The notes beneath the pieces were generated by a model, which was given only the letters and a program-made list of their open reading frames with translations, searched no databases and was not told the DNA's origin. 64,000 bases of DNA from Mobula hypostoma (lineage: Eukaryota): NCBI RefSeq assembly GCF_963921235.1, contig NC_086098.1, forward strand, positions 8,432,001 to 8,496,000. Direction: 5' to 3'. Positions within the stretch are counted from its first letter, which is position 1, and each line of letters opens with the position of its first letter. The position numbers and the translations under genes are program-made. This document shows positions 34,580 to 45,444 of the stretch, one piece after another.

Positions 34580-36405
34580 TACACCCCCAATCTTGGTGTC
34601 ATCTGCAAATTTGCTGATCCAGTTAACCACATTATCATCCAGATCATTGATATAGGTGACAAACATCATGGATCCAGCACCAATCCCTGCAGCACTCCAC
34701 GAGTCACAGGCCTCCAGCCAGAGAGGCAATCATCGACTACCACTCTCTGACTTCTCCCACAAACCCAATGTCAAATCCAATTTACTACCTCTGAACGTTC
34801 TTGAACAACCACCCTTGTCAAATGCCTTAATAAAGTCCATGTAGATATCATCCACTGCCTTGCCTTCATCAACTTTCATAGAAACATAGAAAACCTACAG
34901 CACAATACAGGCCCTTCAGCCCACAAAGCTGTGCTGAAGATGTCCTTACCTTAGAACTACCTAGGCTTACCCACAGCCCTCTATTTTTCTAAGCTTCATG
35001 TATCCATCCAGGATTCTCTTAAAAGACCCTATTGTTTCTGCCTCCATCACCGCCGCCGGCAGCCCATTCCGCGCACTCACCACTCTCTGTGTAAAAAATT
35101 TACCCCTGACATCTCCTCTGTACCTGCTTCCAAGCTCCTTAAAACTATGCCCCCTCATGTTAGCCATTTCAACCCTGGGGGGAAAAGCCTCTGACTCTCC
35201 ACACGATCAATGCTTCTCATTATCTTGTACACCTCTATCAGGTCACCTCTCATCCTCCATCACTTCCTGGTAACTTTCTTGAAAAACTTGACAAGATTAA
35301 TTAGACATGATCTACCATTCACAAAGCCATACTGACTATCCATAATCAGTCCATGTCTATTCAAATACTCATATATCCCGTCCCTTAGAATACCCTTCAA
35401 TAACTTTCCCACTAGTAATGTCAGGCTCATGGGCCTATAATTTCCTGGTTTATTTTCAGGGCCTTTCTTAAACAGCGGAACAACATTGTCTATCCTCTAA
35501 TCCTCTGGTACTTCACCTGTCACTAAGGGTGATTTAATTATCTCTGCAAGGGACCCTACAGTTTCTGCACTTGCCTTCCGCAGGGTCCACAGTACACCTT
35601 GCCAGGCCCTGGGGATTTATCCACTCTGATTTGCCTCAAGACAGCAAACATCTCCTCCTCTTTAATCTGTATTGGGCCCATAAGCTCACTATTGTTTTAT
35701 CTCACTTCTATAGACTTCGTGTCCTTCTCCTGAATAAATACAGATGCAAATCCATTTAAGATCTCCCCCATCTATTTTGACTCCACACATGGATGACCAG
35801 TCTGATCTTCCAGAGGACCAGTTTTGTCCCTTGCAATCCTTTTGCTCTTAATATATCTGTAAATCCAGCTGGCTGGTAGCATAGTGGCATCCGCGCCGGA
35901 CTTCGGAGTGAAGGCTCCTGAGTCCGAATCCAGCTGGCTCCCTTGCACGCTTTCCACCTGTGCTGAGTTGAGAAAAAAATTAGAAAGCCTGCTTAAAAAA
36001 CGCCGTCATGACGGCAACCTGATGACTCCACTCAGAGGTAAGGGCTTTCTTCTTCTTCTTCATACCTATAAATCCCTTACGATTCTCTGCTAGAGTAACT
36101 TCATACCTTCTTTTAGCCCTCCTGACTTCTTTAAGTGTTCGCCTGTATTTCTTGTACTCTATTAGCACCTCATTTATTCCTACCGGCCTTTACCTGTATG
36201 CACCTCCATTTTTTTCTGAACCAGAATCTCAATATCTCTAGAAAATCAAGATTCCCTACAACTGTTGTCTTTATCTTTTATTCTGACAGGCACATACAAG
36301 CTTCGTACTTTAAAAATGTCACTTTTGAAGGCCTCCCACTTACCTTTACCATCTTTACCAGAGAACAGCCTGTCCCAATCCACACTTGCCAGATCCTTTC
36401 TGATA
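34580..36405 (-). mobile_element. Degraded CR1 ORF2 fragment with a nested CR1 (34877-35262) and a nested SINE (35867-36060)
   Basis: Antisense LASVDWDRLFSGK...YVPVR, and RT sequence down to FADDTKIGGV. Confidence 0.88.
35867..36060 (+). mobile_element. tRNA-derived SINE with a (TTC)n tail
   Basis: A-box-like TAGCATAGTGG and B-box-like GTCCGAATCC. Imperfect flanking duplication ATATCTGTAAATCC / ATACCTATAAATCC. Confidence 0.75.
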
Positions 36406-37285
36406 GAGGCTACAGAGAGACCTAAACAGATTAAGAGAATTGGCAAAGAAATGGCAGGTGGAATACAGCGTCAGGAAATCTATGGTCATGCACTTTGGTA
36501 GAAGAAGTGAAAGGGTTTTCTAAGTGGAGAGAAGATACAAAAAACAGAGGTGCAGAGGGACTTGGGAGTCCTCGTGCAGGATTCCCTGAAGGTTAATTTG
36601 CAGGTTGAGTCTCTGGTGAGGAAGGCAAATGCAATGTTAGCATTCATTTCCAGAGGACTAGAATATAAAAGGATGTAATGTTGAGGCTTTATAAAGCACT
36701 GGCGAGGCCTCACTTGGAGTATTTTGAGCAGTTTTGGCCCCCTATCTTAGAAAGGATGTGCTGAAACTGGAGAGGGTTTAAAGGAGGTTCACAAAAAAGA
36801 TCCCCGGTTTGAACAGCTTGTCATATGAAGAGCATTTGATGGCTTTGGGCCTGTATTCACGGAAATTTAGAAGAATGAGGGATGACCTGATTGAAGCCTA
36901 TCAAATAGTGAAAGACCTTGATAGAGTGGATGTGGAGAGGATGTTTTCTACAGGTGGATGCACTTAAGACCAGAGGGCACAGCATCAGAATAGAGGGCCG
37001 TCCGTTTAGAATAGAAATGAGGAGAAATTTCTTTAGCCGGAGAGTAAAGGATCTGTGGAATTCATTGCCACAGACAGCTGTGGAGGTCAAGTCTGTGTGT
37101 ATATTTAAGGCAGAGGTTGGAAGATTTTGATTGGTCAGGGCATGAAGGGATACAAGTAGAAGGCAAGAGATTGGGGCTGAAAGGGAAAATGGATCAGCCA
37201 TGATGAAATGGTGGAGCAGACTCGATGGGCCAAATGGCCTAATTCTGCTCCTATGTCTTATGATCTTTTGCTCTTATGGTCTAAG
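36406..37285 (+). mobile_element. CR1 LINE 3' fragment
   Basis: RLQRDLNRL...TRGHSIRIEGRPFRIEMRRNFFSRRV, ending in a TCTTATGGTCT tail. Confidence 0.92.
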
Positions 37286-37329
37286 AAGCATATTGAAAAA
37301 TCAAATTAACAACAGTAACACAATGCCCA

Positions 37330-37535
37330 GAGTAGGTCAGGCAGCATCTATGGCAATTTATAGATGTTCAACCTTTCAGGCCATAGAAGGGTCTCATTCC
37401 AAAATGTCAATTGTTTATTCCTTTCCATGAATGCTGCCTGACCTGCTGAGTTCCCCCAGCATTTTGCGAGTGTTGCTTTGGATTTCTAAACAGAAAAGAT
37501 TCCCAGCATCTGCAGAATCCCTTGTGTTTAACATA
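37330..37535. mobile_element. Inverted pair of Penelope pseudo-LTR fragments
   Basis: AGGTCAGGCAGCATCTATGG (about 37334-37353) faces CCATGAATGCTGCCTGACCT (about 37425-37444), with decayed hammerhead halves between them. Confidence 0.75.
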
Positions 37536-37599
37536 AACACGAGTGGTTACGTTTCTTGTATAGAGCTTTAGATAACTATTAGCAGCTGGGATTTACACA

Positions 37600-38080
37600 G
37601 ACAAAGCCCTCCCCACCACTAAGCACAGCTACAAGGAGCTCTGTCACAAGAAAGCAGCTTCTATCATCAAGGACCCCCACCACCTAGGCCATGCTCTCTT
37701 CTCACTGCAGCCGCCAGGAAGAAGATACAGGAGCCTCAGGACCCACATCACCAGGTTCAACAACAGTTTTTACCCCTCAACCATCAGGATCCTGAACCTG
37801 TATGGTTAACTTCTCTTACCTTCTCTGAACTGATTGCTCAACCTGTGGGCTCATTTTCAAGCATTCTTCATCTTGTATTCTCAATATTTATCACTTATTT
37901 GTATATTATTATTTTATGTTTTATTTTTGTATTTGCATATTGCACATTGGTTGTTTGTCTTTCTTTGTGTGCAGTTCTTCATTTATTCTATTATGTTTCT
38001 TTGTATTTACTATGAATGCCCAAAAGGAAATGAATCTGAAGGTAGTATATGGTAACATACATGTACTTTGATCAGTTACT
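37600..38080 (+). mobile_element. Rex1/Babar LINE 3' fragment
   Basis: KAASIIKDPHHLGHALFSL...GRRYRSLRTHITRFNNSFYPSTIRILN remnant plus UTR. Confidence 0.85.
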
Positions 38081-38319
38081 CTGAATATTCACTCAGTAAT
38101 GATTTTACATCATTAAGAACTTTAATGCAATTTAGTTTCCATAAAAATGTGAAAAGATGTCGAATTATTCCTTCATCAATATTTTAACCAGAACTGATTC
38201 ACTTTGTGGACGAAGAATGCCCCAACCATAATTATCAGTTCTAGCTACAATAAAGCAGAATTTTTTGTTATAAAGATGTACTCCGGGCATTTTTTTTGTG
38301 CTTTATGATGGTGCCATTG

Positions 38320-38620
38320 GGAGCCACGGTAGGTTAGCAGTTAGTGTGATGCTATTACAGCACGGGCCGTTCTGGAATTCAGAGTTCAATTCCAGCGTCA
38401 TCGGTAAGGAGACTGGACGTCCTCTGTGTGGAATGCGTGGGTTTTCCACGGGTGCTACAGTTTCATCCCCCAGTCTAAAGACTTACTAGGTAGGTTAACA
38501 GATCATTGTAAATTGTTCCATGACTTGATTTAGGTTAATCATGGTTGTGGGGTTGCTGGCGTGACGTGGCTCGAAGGGCCAGAAGGGCCTACTAAACACT
38601 GTATCACTACATTAATTAAT
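38320..38620 (+). mobile_element. V-SINE (HE1-like) with CR1-type tail
   Basis: tRNA-like head, V-domain, and GGCTCGAAGGGCCAGAAGGGCCTACT tail. Confidence 0.8.
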
Positions 38621-38971
38621 TAAAAGGATTTGCCCTAAAATATTCCAAAATATTTTGAAAAGAGACACCCTTTTAATACAAACCTAATTAACCTCCAGCA
38701 AGAGATTACCCTGTCTGACTGAGATTCCCTTATCTGTCATTTTCGACACATTCCTTTCCTTCTGGCTGGTATTGTAGAGATTGTTTAGTCTTGACTATTG
38801 CCAAACTGATTGAATCTTGAAGTGCTCTTTATTGCCCACGCAAAGAAATTAATATTTTTATTGTTTATTTTAAAGGGCTCATTTTAAGACATTACATTTG
38901 CCCTTTGGCACAAAAGAAATTCCATGTTATTTAGCAAATAATGTACCCATTTCAGGAAGATGGGGTTCATC

Positions 38972-39230
38972 AGTTGTGGTTGGCAGAATGAGAAGGAAAC
39001 CTCAAATCTCAAATCTCAAATCTCGGCTGCCTTATGTCTATACCCACTCATGGAGTGAGCTTTTGGAGCAAACCCCGAGGAAAAGGCCAGAGCTGGAGGC
39101 TCTAAGGCAGTCCTATGTTGAGCTCCGTGATGACTGACAACTCCTGTGATGCCGCTGGTGCCAAACTGTACCAGTCTCTGCCATTCTTTTGGATTCACCA
39201 GCTGCGTGGAGTGGGTAGCCTGCCGCATGC
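38972..39230 (+). mobile_element. Fragment of the non-autonomous RTE/RTEX-related retroposon seen at 53790-54365
   Basis: Colinear with 54010-54270 (TATACCCACTCATGG, CTAAGGCAGTCCTA, GCTGGTGCCAAACTG). Confidence 0.75.
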
Positions 39231-39412
39231 CTCAAAAAGTTGACATCCATCATTAAGGACCCCATCTTGCAGGACTTGCCCTCTTCTCGTTGCTACCATC
39301 AGGGAGGAGGTACAGAAGCCTGAAGGCACACACTCAACAATTCAGGAACATCTTCTTCCCCTCTGCCCTCCAATTTCTGAATGGCTACTGAACCCATGCC
39401 ACTACATAATTA

Positions 39413-39650
39413 CGTTCTTTCCTCATCCCGCCCCCTCCTGTCTTCTCCTATCATTTTGGATCTCCCCCTCCCCCTCCCACTTTCAAATCCCTTACTCACT
39501 CTTCCTTCAGTTAGTCCTGACGAAGGGTCTCGGCCTGAAACGTCGACTGCACCTCTTCCTAGAGATGCTGCCTGACCTGCTGCGTTCACCAGCAACTTTG
39601 ATGTGTGTTGCTTGAATTTCCAGCATCTGCAGAATTCCTGTTGTTTGCGT
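39413..39650 (+). mobile_element. Young solo Penelope pseudo-LTR inserted in a Rex1/Babar tail
   Basis: 39470-39646 is nearly the exact reverse complement of 5826-6003. Confidence 0.9.
39513..39548 (+). ncRNA. Minimal type I hammerhead ribozyme (Penelope pseudo-LTR)
   Basis: AGTC-CTGACGA-AGGGTCTCGGCCT-GAAA-C-GTC-GACT, identical to the minus-strand copy at 5923-5958. Confidence 0.85.
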
Positions 39651-39736
39651 TTATAATTATAATTTATAGTTTTTATTAATATGTACTGCAACATACTACT
39701 GATGCAAAACAACAAATTTCAAAGGTTTGAAAGGTA

Positions 39737-42395
39737 CATAGAACATAGAACATAGAATAGTACAGCGCAGTACAGGCCCTTCGGCCCACAATGTTGTGCC
39801 GACCCTCAAACCCTGCCTCCCATATAAGCCCCCACCTTAGATTCCTCCATATACCTGTCTAGTAGTCTCTTAAACTTCACTAGTGTATCTGCCTCCACCA
39901 CTGACTCAGGCAGTGCATTCCACGCATCAACCACTCTCTGAGTAAAAAACCTTCCTCTAATATCCCCCTTGAACTTCCCACCCCTTACCTTAAAGCCATG
40001 TCCTCTTGTATTGAGCAGTGGTGTCCTGCGGAAGAGGCGCTGGCTATCCACTCTATCTATTCCTCTTATTATCTTGTACACCTCTATCATGTCTCCTCTC
40101 ATCCTCCTTCTCTCCAGAGAGTGAAGCCCTAGCTCCCTTAATCTCTGATCATAATGCATACTTTCAAAACCAGGCAGCATCCTGGTAAATCTCCTCTGTA
40201 CCCTTTCCAATGCTTCCACATCCTTCCTATAGTGAGGTGACCAGAACTGGACACAGTACTCCAAATGTGGCCTAACCAGAGTTTTATGGAGCTGCATCAT
40301 TACATCGCGACTCTTAAACTCTATCCCTCGACTTATGAAATCTAACACCCCATAGGCTTTCTTAACTACCCTATCCACCTGTGAGGCAACTTTCAGGGAT
40401 CTGTGGACATGTACCCCAAGATCCCTCTGCTCCTCCACACTACCAAGTATCCTGCCATTTACTTTGTACTCTGCCTTGGAGTTTGTCCTTCCAAAGTGTA
40501 CCACCTCACACTTCTCCGGGTTGAACTCTGTCTGCCACTTCTCAGACGACTTCTGCATCCTATCAATGTCTCTCTGCAATCTTTGACAATCCTCTACACT
40601 ATCTACAACACCACCAACCTTTGTGTCGTCTGCAAACTTGCCAACCCACCCGTCTACCCCCAATCCAGGTCGTTAATAAAAATCACGAAAAGTAGATGTC
40701 CCAGAACAGATCCTTGTGGGACACCACTAGTCACGATCCTCCAATCTGAATGTACTCCCTCCACCACCACCCTCTGCCTTCTGCAGGCAAGCCAATTCTG
40801 AATCCACTTCGCCAAACTTCCCTGGGTCCCATGCCTTCTAACTTTCTGAATAAGCCTACCGTGTGGAACCTTGTCAAATGCCTTACTAAAATCCATTTAG
40901 ATCACATCCACTGCACTACCCTCATCTATATGCCTGGTCACCTCCTCAAAGAACTCTATCAGGCTTGTTAGATATGATCTGCCCTTCACAAAGCCATGCT
41001 GACTGTCCCTGATCAGACCATGATTCTCTAAATCCCTATAGATCCTATCTCTAAGAATCTTTTCCAACAGCTTTCCCACCACAGACGTAAGGCTCACTGG
41101 TCTATAATTACCCGGACTATCCCTACTACCTTTTTTGAACAAGGGAACAACATTCGCCTCCCTCCAATCCTCCGGTACCATTCCCATGGACAACGAGGAC
41201 ATAAAGATCCTAGCCAGAGGCTCAGCAATCTCTTCTCTCACCTCGTGGAGCAGCCTGGGGAATATTCCGTCAGGCCCCGGGGACTTATCTGTCCTAATGT
41301 ATTTTAACAACTCCAACACCTCCTCTCCCTTAATATCAGCATGCTCCAGAACTCATATTGTCCTCACCATCATCAAGTTCCCTCTCATTGATGAATACCG
41401 AAGAGAAGTATTCATTGAGGACCTCGCTCACTTCCACAGCCTCCAGGCACATCTTCCCACCTTTATTTCTAATCGGTCCTACCTTCACTCCTGTCATCCT
41501 TTTTTTCTTCACATAATTGAAGAATGCCTTGGGGTTTTCCTTTACCCTACTCGCCAAGGCCTTCACATGCCCCCTTCTTGCTCTTCTCAGCCTCTTCTTA
41601 AGCTCCTTTCTTGCTTCCCTATATTCCTCAATAGACCCATCTGATCCTTGCTTCCTAAACCTCATGTATGCTGACTTCTTCCTCCTGACTAGATTTTCCA
41701 CCTCATTTGTCACCTATGGTTCCTTCATCCTACCATTCTTTGTCTTCCTCACCGGGACAAATTTATCCCTTACATCCCGCAAGAGATCTCTAAACATTGA
41801 CCACATGTCCATAGTACATTTCCCTGCAAAAACATTATCCCAATTCACACCCGCAAGTTCTAGCCTTATAGCCTCATAATTTGCCTTTCCCCAATTAAAA
41901 ATTTTCCTGTCCTCTTTGGTTCTATCCTTTTCCATGATAATTATAAAGGCCAGGGAGTGGTGGTCACTGTCCCCCAGATGCTCACCCACTGAGAGATCTG
42001 TGACCTGACCCGGTTCATTACCTAGTACTAGATCTAGTATGGCATTCTCCCTGGTCGGCCTGTCCACATACTGTGACAGGAATCCATCCTGGACACACTT
42101 AACAAACACTTGCCCCATCTAAACCCTTGGAACTAATCAGGTGCCGATCAATATTAGGGAAGTTAAAGTTACCCATGATAACAACCCTGTTATTTTTGCA
42201 CCTTTCCAAAATCTGCCTCCCAATCTGCTCCTCTGAATCTCTGCTGCTACCAGGGGGCCTATAGAATACCCCCAGTAAAGTAACTGCTCCCTTCCTGTTC
42301 CTGACTTCCACCCATATTGACTCAAAAGAGGATAATGCTACATTACCCACCCTTTCTGTAGCTGTAATAGTATCCCTGACCAGTAATGCCACCCC
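39737..42395 (-). mobile_element. Long CR1 LINE ORF2 pseudogene (subfamily A)
   Basis: Six consecutive minus ORFs run from the endonuclease (GVFYRPP, LDLVLGNE, GDSDH) through RT (FADD) to the 3' tail, broken by frameshifts and stops. Confidence 0.97.
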
Positions 42396-42399
42396 CCTC

Positions 42400-42835
42400 C
42401 CCTTTTTAATGTATATTTAATGTCAGAGAAATGTGTACAATATACATCCTGAAATGCTTTTTCTTTGCAAACATCCACAAAAACAGAGGAGTGTCCCCAA
42501 AGAATGAATGACAGTTAAATGTTAGAACCCCAAAGCCCCCCCAGCTCCCCCCCCGCATGTAAGCAGCAGCAAGCAATGATTACCCCCTCCCCCCACCAGC
42601 AAAATAAAAAGCATCGGCACACACCACTGAGCACTCAAGCATGCAGCAAAGCAACAGCAAAGACACAGTCTTGCAGTACTCCAAAGACTACTCATTCACC
42701 CGATATTTGACATACCATAGGCACTCTCTCTCTCTCCCTAATAAAGGAAAAATAGGTGCCTCTGTTTCACAGTGAGAGGGGAGACATAACAAACAACTCG
42801 CTGGGGTTTGTGATGTTAAAAGTCCATTGCGTCAC
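42400..42835 (-). mobile_element. Unclassified non-coding interspersed repeat (related copies on the plus strand at 56705-56800 with 57702-57885, and 58640-58975)
   Basis: Shared blocks in reverse complement: TTGTTATGTCTCCCCTC, TTGCTGCTGCTT, GGCTTTGGGGT.CTAAC, AGAATTTCAGG. Confidence 0.65.
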
Positions 42836-42959
42836 GATATATGCCAGTGATATTAAACCTGATTCTGATTCAAGCTGACAGGAAGGTGACAATAACTCAA
42901 ATAACCATGTGTTACAAAAGTGGTATGCACAAGAGCATCTCTGAACACAAGCAACATTG

Positions 42960-43770
42960 TCATAGTCATGGTCATAGTCGTACTTTGTTGATCCCGAGGG
43001 AAATTGGGTTTCATCACAGTTGCACCAACCAAGAATAGAGTATAAATATAGCAAAATAAAACCATAAATAATTAAATAATAATATGTAAATTATGCCAGA
43101 AAATAAGTCCAGGACCAGCCTATTGGCTCAGGTTGTCTGACCCTCCAAGGGAGGAGTTGTAAAGTTTGATGGCCACAGGCAGGAATGACTTCCTATGACG
43201 CTCTGTGTTGCATCTCGGTGGAATGAGTCTCTGGCTGAATGTACTCCTGTGCCCAACCAGTACATTATGTAGTGGATGGGAGACATTGTCCAAGATGGCA
43301 TGCAACTTGGACAGCATCCTCTTTTCAGACACCACCGTGAGAGAGTCCAGTTCCATCCCCATAACATCACTGGCCTCACGAATGAGTTTCTTGATTCTGT
43401 TGGTGTCTGCTACCCTCAGCCTGCTGCCCCAGCACACAACAGCAAACATGATAGCACTGGCCACCACGGACTCGTAGAACATCCTCAGCATTGTCCAACA
43501 GATGTTAAAGGACCTCAGTCTCCTCAGGAAATAGAGATGGCTCTGACCTTTCCTGTAGACAGCCTCAGTGTTCTTTGACCAGTCCAGTTTATTGTCAATT
43601 CGTATCCCCAGGTATTTGTAATCCTCCACCATGTCCACTCTGACCCCCTGGATGGAAACAGGGGTCACTGGTACCTTAGCTCTCCTCAGGTCTACCACCA
43701 GCTCCTTAGTCTTTTTCACATTAAGCTGCAGATAATTCTGCTCACACCATATGCCAAAGTTTCCTACCGT
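42960..43770 (-). mobile_element. Young Rex1/Babar LINE 3' fragment
   Basis: Minus ORF WCEQNYLQLNVKKTKELVVD...HRKSFLPVAIKLYN with a (TATGAC)n tail. Confidence 0.95.
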
Positions 43771-43810
43771 AGTTGAACCTTGAAGTGGGCAACAGAAGAC
43801 CATCAACGTA

Positions 43811-43867
43811 CACTCAGTGGCCACATTTTTAAGTACACGAGTTATCTAATAAAATGGCCTCTGAGTG
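43811..43867. mobile_element. 57-bp Tc1-type mini-MITE (little more than two TIRs), TA-flanked
   Basis: TA-CACTCAGTGGCCAC...ATGGCCTCTGAGTG-TA. Same TIR as at 20090 and 30420. Confidence 0.85.
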
Positions 43868-44258
43868 TATTTTGTTTTATACGGTTAAGAGAGGACGTTG
43901 CCAGGGACATCACACTGTGAAATATAACAGGTTTGTATTAAGCCAAATGCTCCTTTGTCTACGTAAATAGTCATGATTGGAAGCTGCAATCTAGTGAAAT
44001 GATTAGTATGGGGCAGGAAAACAAATGCAAAATATTTACGTTTCCTATCCCATGATAAATAATTACAAGCTTTGGAAACACACAAGGAAATGTATGAATT
44101 ATATTTCTGAGTCTGCCTGGAAAGAAAGGAAGGTTTAACTGGTTATGTAATTTGATAAATACAATTGCATTCACAAAGTAATGCAACACTGACAGTTCTG
44201 TGGGTCATACGGCCTCGGGCATGTTTAACAATAGATTTTTTTGTTCCATATATGAATA

Positions 44259-44571
44259 TATATATAGGCATCCGTTAGTCTCATGAGACCGTGGATTTGT
44301 ACCTTGGATGGCTTCCAGGCGCAGGCCTGGGCAAGGTTGTATGGAAGACCGGCAGTTGCCCATGCTGCAAGTCTCCCCTCTCCACGACACCAATGTTGTC
44401 CAAGAGAAGGGCATTAGGACCCATACAGCTTGGCACCAGTGTCGTCGCAGAGCACTGTGTGGTTAAGTGCCTTGCTCAAGGACACAACACACTGCCTCAA
44501 CCAAGGCTCGAACCAGCGACCTTCAAATCACTAGACGAACGCCTTAACCACTTGGCCACATGCCAACATAG
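44259..44571 (-). mobile_element. tRNA-derived SINE with CORE-like segment, RTEX-like tail and 10-bp TSD
   Basis: Minus strand: A box TGGCCAAGTGG, B box GGTTCGAGCC, GTGTCCTTGAGCAAGGCACTTAACC, (TA)n tail. TATATGAATA at 44249-44258 and 44572-44581. Confidence 0.88.
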
Positions 44572-44867
44572 TATATGAATACGACAGAAATGCCACATAT
44601 GATGGCCAGGTATCAGCTGCAGTCTTAAGCATGCAGGAATACCCAATGGGCACCAAGCTGAAATAAGTGTGGTACTAGATTCTCTGAATAGAATTGTGCT
44701 GGCAGTTTCAAATTTTCACCATTATGCTGAAGATCATGTTATTCTCAGCAATGGATCACATCAACAGTCTCCTGTTACAATTTATCCCTCTCTCATGCTC
44801 TCCTGTCTGACACGATTTATGTCCGTTAGTTGACCGTCACTCATCCCAAGGACAAAGCCATCTAGAT

Positions 44868-45110
44868 CTTAGCTCCTGGTAGGGTCACCCATGGTAGTAA
44901 GGTCAAGGGGGAGATTCCAGACAAAGAGCAATTCAACGAAGACCTCAATGGTGGAGCAGGTGGAAGATGATGACACATCACAATGGAAGTGAAGATGGAG
45001 AAGGCTGCAGCAGTGAAGGGTCCCCAGTCACCTTTCACCGATCTGTCAAGGACCATGGAGTGGTGCCCATGCACCAGCCTTACCACAAGTTACACACAGG
45101 CATTCTCCAT
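44868..45110 (+). mobile_element. RTE-clade LINE 5' UTR fragment
   Basis: GCTCCTGGTAGGGTCACCCATGG...GGTC...CCAGACAAAGAGC resembles the conserved 5' end of RTE/Expander/BovB-type elements (recall). Confidence 0.6.
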
Positions 45111-45444
45111 TGTGGATCCTTGATCAGCCTCTACACCCACCAATAGACAACCCCTGAGGAGAACATTATACTCAACTGGAGTGATCACACTGCTTCTAGA
45201 GGCATCACCAGAAAGTCCAATATTAATTGCCCACCACAAAGTGCCCTGACACTCACTGGGCCATGTCAGAACCAATCAGACTGATCGGATTGCAATTATG
45301 TATGGCCCACACTACGGCAGAAGGTCAATTTAGCCTCTCTCAATGACATTGCTCAAAGAATCTTGGCCCAAAACATCAGAGGCTTATTTCTGTCCACAGA
45401 TGCAGCCTGACTTGTTGAGTTCCTGCTTGTCCTGCCTGGCTTGC

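Noticed and set aside
34580..37285. Apparent twin-priming 5' inversion: the minus CR1 ends at FADDTKIGGV and the adjoining plus CR1 starts at RLQRDL
   Set aside because: The halves resemble different CR1 subfamilies (the minus part is like 62925-64000, the plus part like 31865-33280) and I found no TSD, so adjacent independent insertions are more likely.
44495..44568. tRNA gene
   Set aside because: A and B boxes are present, but the sequence continues into a SINE body with a tail and TSD, and I could not form a full cloverleaf.
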